Shown: piece by piece, positions 54,504-64,000 of the stretch | Layout of the letters: each line of letters begins with the position of its first letter | Position numbering within the stretch: the stretch's first letter is position 1 | Assembly: GCA_964016885.1 (NCBI GenBank) | Contig: OZ024742.1 | Location: 47,430,001-47,494,000 of the forward strand | Reading direction: 5' to 3' | DNA: 64,000 nucleotides | Origin: Eledone cirrhosa | Taxonomy: Eukaryota | Program-made: the position numbers and the translations under genes | Notes under the pieces: model-generated | Databases searched by the model: none | Told to the model about the DNA's origin: nothing | The model's input: the letters and a program-made list of their open reading frames with translations, nothing else

Positions 54504-55886
54504 GTATATATGGAAAGAGAAAAAATAGGATTATTAGTATGCATCTGTCTTTTGAAGTTAAGAACGAAACTTGTTAGACTACGGAAGGATTACATTGAAA
54601 TATTACACAAATATCTTGTTTTTCTACTAGTTCATAGATAAGGTAAACCATCAGTCTATATAACTCTACTTACTAGAATTTCAATCGTGATAAACATATA
54701 AAAAGATTAAGCTGTCATCAGATTCATTAGTTAGATATCTTCATATACGGTCTTGTTAAAAAACACATTTCACATGCGGGAAAGCAGTAAAGATACATTG
54801 TTGTTGAAAAGTGCAAAATAGATGAGTCGAAAATATCTGTTTCATGACTGGCATTATGTACCATTCGTGTAGGTGTTTGATGAGAAAGAGATAAACAGGC
54901 AGATAACTCGCTTAATTGTTAAATAGGTCTTAATATAATTTAACAGTCTGTTGTCTGTGAAACTTCTAAGCATACGCAGCGTTATTTTCTGAAGAAGTTG
55001 TTCTGTTTATACTCTTATCAGCACAGCAGTTTATCGGAAATTTAAAATAAAATGTATAATAATGTTTTATGTATCAGTACTGTTTACGATCACATTTGAA
55101 TAGTTGTTATCATAGAAGGGTCAACAAATTCTAATATACCAGTAAATTGGTAGGTTTCCTATACACTTTCCTTTCTTACACTGTTGTCTGTTTAATGTTC
55201 CTTCTTTCTTCTACCTCAATTTTCGCTTTTAATGTTACATTCATTATTTCTGTCTTTCTTTGTATTATTTATATAGTATTTATTGAACCAGTCGCCTACG
55301 GTTATCTTTCTAGTGAAAATTACGTGCTTATAAACACTTTAAATAGCCTGTGTACGTGCATATGTATGTATGTGCATACATATAGACAAATAGTCAGAAG
55401 CAAATAAATGGATATCGGTCAGTTTTGACAATGTGTATTCAGTTGTTTGGTTAACTGAACTCCTCAGTATTTAAAATTACGTACATGTGGTTGAGTATAC
55501 GGCAGACACATGTATACTTAACGTAACCCTTAAACAGATTAAGCCTGACGCTTCTTCCAAGGGTTGAATACACAGTTTCTACCAAGAAGCGGCATTCAAC
55601 CTGTAATTTTGTAAAATATACACAGCACATCACTGTTCTGGTGGAGGATCAATCGATTAAACTGAGGCATCATTTGCGTAATTGACTGATACGTTGTTCT
55701 ATCGACTCAGGAAGAATAAATTGCAATACTAACGCAGGCAATAATGGAACTTACAATATTTGTGGTAAATATATTGCAGGAAGCATTGTGGCTAGTTATA
55801 GATCGAGTCTACAGTGAAAGCTCTGCGTGAACCAGATTTTAAAAAAAAAAACATATTTACTTTCCAATGTATTTCAACATAATAAT

Positions 55887-56073
55887 TGTTTCTACTTTAG
55901 GCACAAGGCCAGCAATTACCCAGTGCATTACTGGTACTTTATTTTATCGACCCCGTAAGGATGAAAGGCAAAGTTAACCTCGGCGGAATTTGAACTCAGA
56001 ATGGCAAGAGCCGTAACTCTATCCGTCACAGCATTGCGTCTGACCCTCTACCGATACTGCCAATCCACCGCCC
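55887..56073 (-). mobile_element. tRNA-derived SINE, short form
   Basis: Full-length copy. ACATAATAAT is repeated at 55877-55886 and 56081-56090. Confidence 0.92.
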
Positions 56074-56958
56074 TTATAATACATAATAATGTATTATCTA
56101 CATACATCTAGATATACGTATATTAGAAAATCTTCCTTAGGGGCACAATGACATGCAAACTAAATGAAATTCCGCACTTCAAATTGAAATGTGTTTAACA
56201 TTTAAAATGTTGAGGAAACGAAAGATTCTTTTTAAATTTCATATTGGTAAATATCACTGTATCTACGTATATTTACATACAAAGATAAATAAATAATATT
56301 TAGCAGTTGTGAAAATGTAATATATTAATATGTTAACCATATTTTTTCTTTCCCTATTTACGCATTAAACACTTTAACATGGTACATGTCACTATAATGT
56401 TTATGTATGTACAAACAGATATGTTATCTGATTAAAAGCGATAGAAACAAAAGAAACTAACATTCCTATCAACTTTATACTTTGGAATATATTCTAAAGT
56501 ATTTATAATAATTATATTTCATAATCCTAAAATGTGTGTTTATTATATACATTTAAATACAAAATAGTTGTGAAAAATATGTCAACGAAGGATATAGAGT
56601 TCTACAAAATATTTCATTATATGCTAACAGATTACACCTATACATACATAAATATATTTTCCATTACACTCTTCCTGACTGAAGAGGCGATATAAACTAT
56701 AGCGCTTAAAGATTACTAGATCAACGGAAAAGACAAAAAAAAAGAAGGGTATCACATTCCCATTTATATACTACTGAATGGAGAAGATTTAATCGTGCAA
56801 AAATAAAAAAAGAAGTATCATATACCCTCCATCCAAAGGTATTAGACGACCGTTATTATGAATGTATATCTATCTATCTATCTATATATATATATATATA
56901 TATATATCTTTCTCTCTCCCCTCCTCTCTCTCGCTCTCTGGCTCTCTCTCTCTGTCGA

Positions 56959-56996
<38 letters not shown>

Positions 56997-57065
56997 CAAG
57001 GTTTAGCAAATAAAAAAAAGTTTCAAAATAAATTTTAAAAAATTAACTTTACTTACTATGGTTAC

Positions 57066-57150
57066 CTTTACCGATTCGGTTTCGATTCTCAAAAACAAAC
57101 GGAGTCCATACGGCCTTCGTTGCAAAGAAAGATCTTTTCATTCAAAGAAT
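57066..57150 (-). ncRNA. Degenerate hammerhead (probable U3-A8 type) in a ~290-bp insert between (TA)n tracts
   Basis: Reverse strand reads ttct TTGAA(TGAA)AA gat..atc GAAAC cgaatcg GTA aagg. Confidence 0.45.
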
Positions 57151-57287
57151 ATAAATTCTCGAATTCAAATTACGAACAGGCGCTATTCAAAATTGTTCCC
57201 GAGATGAGAGTAAATGAAGTGGAATCAATTTTTTCAAGGGCCGAGTGTAAAGATAGAGGCAGAGGCAGGGAGGTCAGTCGGCTACCG

Positions 57288-57357
<70 letters not shown>

Positions 57358-57647
57358 CTTATACAGTACAGTTAAAATAAGTCCGGCACTTATACTTCCA
57401 TGAACGCTATTCCCAAAGGAAATAAATTTTGATTACATTTTAAAAATCTTCGCGACTCGACACGTAAGAAAATGTTTGCTAAATGAATGTCTTTTTTATA
57501 TTATCTATAATGTTTCTGAGGAGTTCTCTACAAAGGAATTAAATGCTACATCCTTTGCAGTAGAATGAAACGTATGCAATTCAATAATGTGTAAAAGTAC
57601 CAACGTTTGGCGATCTGTTCATATATTATATATATATATATATATAC

Positions 57648-57649
<2 letters not shown>

Positions 57650-57733
<84 letters not shown>

Positions 57734-57751
57734 AGGGAGAGAGAGAGAGAG
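57650..57751 (+). repeat. (GA)n microsatellite
   Basis: Dinucleotide run. Confidence 0.97.
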
Positions 57752-57774
57752 TAAAAGAGAAATCCTGTGGATTT

Positions 57775-57900
57775 GGATGTAGTCAATTACATCCACAACG
57801 TAAGGTTATTAATCTCGGTGCGTTGTGTTCTTGAGCAAGACATTTAATTTAAGGTTACCCAGTTCCCGTAGCTGCAGAAATGCGTTATGGCTTCAAATGT
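57775..57900 (+). mobile_element. Degenerate CORE-type SINE
   Basis: GCGTTGTGTTCTTGAGCAAGACATTT. Confidence 0.45.
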
Positions 57901-58499
57901 GCCACGCTGATTTGGCCGTTGCCTCTCCATTTGTGGTCGAAAGAGAAGACTGGTATGAACATGCATACATACAAACAGAGACACCCACCCACTCATACAC
58001 ATACACATCAATATATAATCTATGTTTGTGTTATATGTATGTGTGTGTGTGTCTGTAAGCTTTCATATTTTATTCATATGTTATTCGATATGATGTTCAG
58101 CTTGATCTGACATTATTGTGTGTTTTAAAAAAAGTATTTCAATTTAGCTAATGGATATTATTTATATAAGTTATTTGATGCCTCATCTCTTCTATATATT
58201 GTTTCTGTATTTTATTAATATCTTGTGGGTAATATAAACTATGCGAACCAGTAAGAGTGCGTTAGCGTGTTTCGATTTTGTATCTGTCTAATGTATTTTA
58301 ATTAGGTTAATAAAATATATACACAGTATTCTAGCGATTTCTAACTCAAAGCTGTTTTGAGCCTATGAACGTTGTCAATAAATATATTAGCAATTTCTAT
58401 ACAAAGTATAATTTATCATTATTCATCATCATATTTTGTTTTGGATCAGTATACATACACATTACTTATCATATGAACCTACTGAATCAAGCGTGAGAA

Positions 58500-58696
58500 T
58501 AATAGATTCTGATTTAGGCAAAGGGCCCACAATTTTAGGCGAGGGGTAAGTCGATTAAATAAACTCCAGTACGTTAATGGTACTTTATTTAATCGAGAAG
58601 GATGAAAGGCAAAGGTAACTGTGGCGTGATTTGATCTCAGAACTCTTCCTCAAAGTATGTTTTCCGATGCTCTACCAATACTGCCAATCCACCACC
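58500..58696 (-). mobile_element. tRNA-derived SINE, long form, diverged
   Basis: GGTACTTTATTT..GGATGAAAGGCAAAG..ATACTGCCAATCCACC. Confidence 0.78.
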
Positions 58697-59769
58697 TTTG
58701 TGCGTAAATAAAAACACTTCGTAGTCTAACAAGTATTGGTTGCTTAGTGCGTTTATCTGAGTTTAAATATATAGGCGTTTATATAATAACACTCATTCAC
58801 CCTCGTACAATATAAGCATTGACCCATGCAGTACATTATCGAATCAATATATTTATGCATTTATGCAACTTTACACATTAAAAGAATAATGTCTAGGTTA
58901 CGAAATATATGGAATCACACCCGAATCTATGATAACGAAATAGTACATATAAATATATACATAATATTTGTAAAATAATTTTTTGTAGTATTATTTTAAA
59001 ACCAACATTAAAGATGTTTGTATTAATACAGCAGTAGGTGATTAATGTACCCGCCTCCGCCAACACACATACACCTACACACACACAAACATACACACAC
59101 GCGCGCGCACACACATATATATATATATATTTATATACAATTCTTTGCGTGGTGTACCGCAAAATTAAAGAATGCCACTCCAACCTCACAGAATATATAG
59201 CATGTGCTTCTGCCAGGTCAGACCTGTATACAAGTCATGTTGTAATACGGAAAAAAAGTAAACCTTGCGATATGTCCAGGCCATAATTGATAAAAGCGTT
59301 CCTGTTCCTCGAGATTTTGGAGTGAATTATGTGAGACATGTTATAGCGTTGTAGATTTTTCCCTACAGATATAAAATGTCAAGTATTGTAGTTATATAGG
59401 CAAATAACTGGCCTTTGCAGTAGATAGAAAGTCAGGAATCTGGTTTGGAAATTCTAGGATATATCAAACAAATGTCCATCGCAAATCAGTAGCAGGTGGA
59501 AGAAAATTCAATGCTGAGGGCACTGAATAAGTTTTCAGCAAGTACAGACAGGAAAAAAAAATAGAGCTCATACACATATACATACCGTTATTAGTACAGA
59601 CACTCACACACACACACACACATATATATATATAAGGCTTAACATATTGTCCTTGTATTATATATATATATATATGTGTGTGTGTGTGATTGTGGGGTGT
59701 ATGTATATGTGTGGTGGGGTGAATGTGTGTGTGTGTATGTGTGTGTGTGGGCGGGGGCGTCCCAGGAGC

Positions 59770-59915
59770 AAAGGGGGGTAATCACAGTGAGTAAGGTACT
59801 CAATACACCAGTAAAATGTATTCAACACATTTCATATAGAAATCGCTTCTGCAGGACTCTAACATTCCTTCGAATTAAACAGTTCTAGTCCTGTAGAAGC
59901 CATGTCTATAATAAA
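59770..59915. mobile_element. Short head-to-head fragment of the 36252 HHR family
   Basis: GTAAGGTACTCAATAC (reverse of 36333-36349), GCTTCTGCAGGACT and AAACAGTTCTAGTCCTGTAGAAGC. Confidence 0.6.
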
Positions 59916-60135
59916 TTTGTTTTATATGAGGGCGGCAGACTGTGGTAGAAGTTGCTAAATAGTCGGTCGTCCTCTTGTCTCCTATTTTCAGCCCCATGGA
60001 TTTTATCTGCCTTATTCCTTTGTTATATTTTGAATACCTGATGATGTCACCGGATTCATACTGAACCCGGTCATTGAAATAATCATAATATAATAAACCT
60101 TTCAAGGATTTACACCAGTCGAGCCTCCTGTTATT

Positions 60136-60248
<113 letters not shown>

Positions 60249-60510
60249 GGAAACAATGAAATTTTATTTCTCACTCTTAGTACGGCTGATAGATAAATAT
60301 AAGTATGTATACGTTTCATACATATATGTATTCAGACGTACAGTAGTATGTATATACATACATACATGCACACATATATATATATGTACGTATGGGTTTA
60401 CCGAACATTTATTATAATGCTCCGTTTGTTTGTAAACAAACAGCCCGAATTTTTAACCTTACAGTTTTCGGCAACCATCGTTGCCCTTTTGTTCAACACT
60501 GTCAAATGAA

Positions 60511-60551
60511 CGATGAACTAGTTTCTAGCTTATTAGCTATCATCAGCACCG
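60511..60551 (-). ncRNA. Minimal hammerhead ribozyme
   Basis: Reverse strand reads cggtg CTGATGA tagct aata agcta GAAAC ta GTT catcg, with palindromic AACTAGTT. Confidence 0.85.
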
Positions 60552-60940
60552 TATACCTTCCTGTCAGTCGATTGAACGTTTGAAAGTATATACTTTCCTT
60601 ATACATATTAACGGCTGAGCAGCCTAATTTGCATATCAATTGAGTTAGTCGGCTGGGTGTACCGAAAACTATAAATGGAAACAAATGAAATTTCATTTCT
60701 CACTCTTAGTACGGCTGATACTTAAATATAAGTATGTATACGTACATACATATATGTATACAGACGTACAGAAGTATGTATCTACATACATACATGCACA
60801 TATATATATATATGTGTACGTATGGGTTTACCGAACATTTATTATAATGCTCGGTTTGTTTATAAACAAACATCCCGAATTGTTAGCCGTACAGTGTTCG
60901 GCAACCATCGTTGCCCTTTTGTTCAACACTGACAAAGGAA

Positions 60941-60981
60941 CGATGAACTAGTTTCTAGCTTATTAGCTGTCATCAGCACCG
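60941..60981 (-). ncRNA. Minimal hammerhead ribozyme
   Basis: Tandem copy of 60511-60551. Confidence 0.82.
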
Positions 60982-61073
60982 TTCAATCGGTATGCAAACT
61001 AGGCTGTTCAGCCGTTAATATGCATAAGGAAAGTATATATTTCAAACGTTCAATCGACTGATAGGAAGGTATA

Positions 61074-61114
61074 CGGTGCTGATGACAGCTAATAAGCTAG
61101 AAACTATTTAATCG
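61074..61114 (+). ncRNA. Minimal hammerhead ribozyme, mutated near the cleavage site
   Basis: cggtg CTGATGA cagct aata agcta GAAAC ta TTT aatcg. Confidence 0.65.
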
Positions 61115-61617
61115 TTCCTTTGTCAGTGTTGAACCAAAGGGCACCGATGGCTGCCGAACGGCTAAAAATACGGGCTGTTTCTTTACAAACAAACCGAGCA
61201 TTATAATAAATGTTCGATAAACCCATACGTACATATATATATATATGTGCATGTATGTATGTATATATGTATACGTCTGTATACATATATGTTGTACGTA
61301 TACATACTTATATATATATATATATATATATATAATTATATATATGGCTGGGAAAGACACTTTAGAACCTAATGTCAGCCTGGCTCACGAACAGAATCGG
61401 AATTTTCATCTGAAGATACCATTCTCATGACAACAACAAATACACGAATTACATCTTGGATTGCACAAGAGAGACGTTGAAATAATTATAATATATAAAC
61501 GATTAATATAGCAACACCATATTTCTTAACGTTATTCTTATACTGAATCTCCATCGTAACTATAAACTACGAATGTAGAGAGCTTTTTCTACATTGCTCC
61601 TATTATTCAAAAAACAA

Positions 61618-61633
61618 TTTCTACCGAACATAC

Positions 61634-61672
<39 letters not shown>

Positions 61673-61688
61673 AAGGTATGTTCGGTAG

Positions 61689-61692
<4 letters not shown>
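61618..61692. repeat. Tail-to-tail inverted repeat around (TA)n
   Basis: TTTCTACCGAACATACCTTT / AAAGGTATGTTCGGTAGAAA. Confidence 0.85.
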
Positions 61693-61742
<50 letters not shown>

Positions 61743-61952
61743 TTTCTTGGCGTGCGGCGATAGGAAAGAACTGAATTGGCTCCTCCACTAAACAGCGGTG
61801 GCCATAACTGGAGCCAGAAACCTAACGTCGCGCATACAATTAAGTGCAAGAAATTTTAATTTTAAAATATATATATATAAACACACACGTACCTATGCAT
61901 GTGTTTATTTATACTTCATACATATATATACTTTATATAAACTAAATGTTAT

Positions 61953-62136
61953 AATTCTTTCTAATTTTGGCACAAGGCCGCAATTAACCAGTGCATTACT
62001 GGTACTTTATGTCATCGACCCCGTAAGGATGAAAGGCAAAGTTAACCTCGGCGGGATTTGAACTCAGAATGGCAAGGGCCGTAACTCTATGAGTCAAAAC
62101 ATGGCCTCCGACCCTCTACCGATACTGCCAATCCAC
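61953..62136 (-). mobile_element. tRNA-derived SINE, short form
   Basis: Near full-length reverse copy. Confidence 0.88.
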
Positions 62137-63352
62137 AATGTAGTACATACATCTACAGTGGTTAAACTGTATTTGTTCGAAAAATAACCAATATACAATA
62201 TCTTACAAATGAGTTTTAAGGTGTGAAAACCACACCGACATACGCCCACGCACACACAGGCACAAACACAAACACACACACGCAGACACAGACACACACG
62301 CAGGCACACACACACATAAATATAAGGAAAAAAAAGTGTAGGACATCTTTTTTATTGAAAAAAACCCTCATTTCCTTATATATATATATATATATTATAT
62401 ATATACACACACATATATACATATATACACACACATATATATATACACACATACATACACACACACGCACACAACACACATACATACACGCACACACACA
62501 CATATATATATATATATATTTATATATAATGTAAAACAGGTATAAGCATACTTATATACATGTATTACATGTATATACCGGAATTATATATTCAATACAA
62601 AAGAATGGACTAACTATACTTACACCGTTTATACTATCCTTATTCGAACTTAATTTCAACGTAACTCTTGCTATTGAAAAAATGTAAATAGTTGTTGTCT
62701 GTACCATACTGCACGTCCATTCACTCTAGAAAATGCGTCTTAACTATTCACATGTCTTTTGCATGTTTCCTAGGGGCAGATAGCTGAAACTATCTTAAAT
62801 GACCTGTTTGTACTCTCGTACAAGATAATTTGAAATAATTGGTCAATCAAACAAGGGATGTTCAGGTTATAGTCCAGAAATCTATATGGAAACGTATTTT
62901 GTAAAGTTCCAATTTGTTTAGAATAAAAAAAAAAAAATGCTGACGAATCTAAATTATAAACAACTATGGGGAAAATTACGATTACTTGTCTGTAAGTCAC
63001 TTTAGGGCTTTCGGTTGTTTTGATGAAAATGTCACCTCCATTACGATAGACAACTTTTTGGAAAAGTTCAAACTAAACAAGATATATGTATTCAGTAGTC
63101 ATGTTTACGAAAGTTTTCTTGCTTAAGAAGCTTTGAGGTTTTGAACTTTTACCATGATGCCGTGTTCGTCAATTACTCTTATATATTATTTCGTTATTTC
63201 ACCGAAGGAAATATATTCCACTACTATATGATTTCATCCAATATTAATAATATATGTAAACACTCATACATGTTTTTTCATCAGTCTATATCCTTCTCTC
63301 TCTGTCTGTATGTCTCTCTCTCTCCCTCTCCCCCTCTCTCTCTCTTTCACAA

Positions 63353-63804
<452 letters not shown>

Positions 63805-64000
63805 GTTGGTGTCTGAAGTACAAAAGTATAGTAAATAACAACGAATCACCACTACAGTTACTCGTTTTCTCTGTCACTTCCTCTCGGACACAAATACTTA
63901 CCGCAATGCTCTAGCCTGACAGACCCTTTACATGACATGCACTACATTTTAAATATAACGGATAGATGATAAATGATATTGGAGATAAGATAAACATAAA

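Noticed and set aside
60030-60105. CTGATGA..CCGG hairpin..GAAA as a hammerhead
   Set aside because: Stems I and III do not pair convincingly; at best a decayed relic.

Overview
AT-rich, microsatellite-dense eukaryotic (animal) genomic DNA. The repeat landscape suggests a cephalopod such as Octopus; this is inference, not a database result. I can support no host protein-coding gene, and almost all listed ORFs are translated (TA)n/(CA)n/(GA)n tracts. The window is a mosaic of transposon relics: a Chapaev3-type DNA transposon (981-2678), RTE, R4-like and L1/Tx1-like LINE fragments, a mariner remnant and MITE, about 19 tRNA-derived SINEs, and two Penelope-like elements (PLEs). One PLE is a Naiad-type RT/GIY-YIG element present as a 5.3-kb head-to-head palindrome; the other is Neptune-like. 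The main hidden signal, read by eye, is about 20 type-I hammerhead ribozyme (HHR) motifs from several unrelated sequence families, at least three with a compensated U3-A8 core. Most lie in short non-coding elements that recur in one architecture: two 5'-truncated copies joined head-to-head, with 3' ends running into (TA)n tracts, and some with retrozyme-like tandem monomers of 430-595 bp. This looks like a ribozyme-bearing, (TA)n-targeting, palindrome-forming retrotransposition system, probably driven by PLE enzymes.
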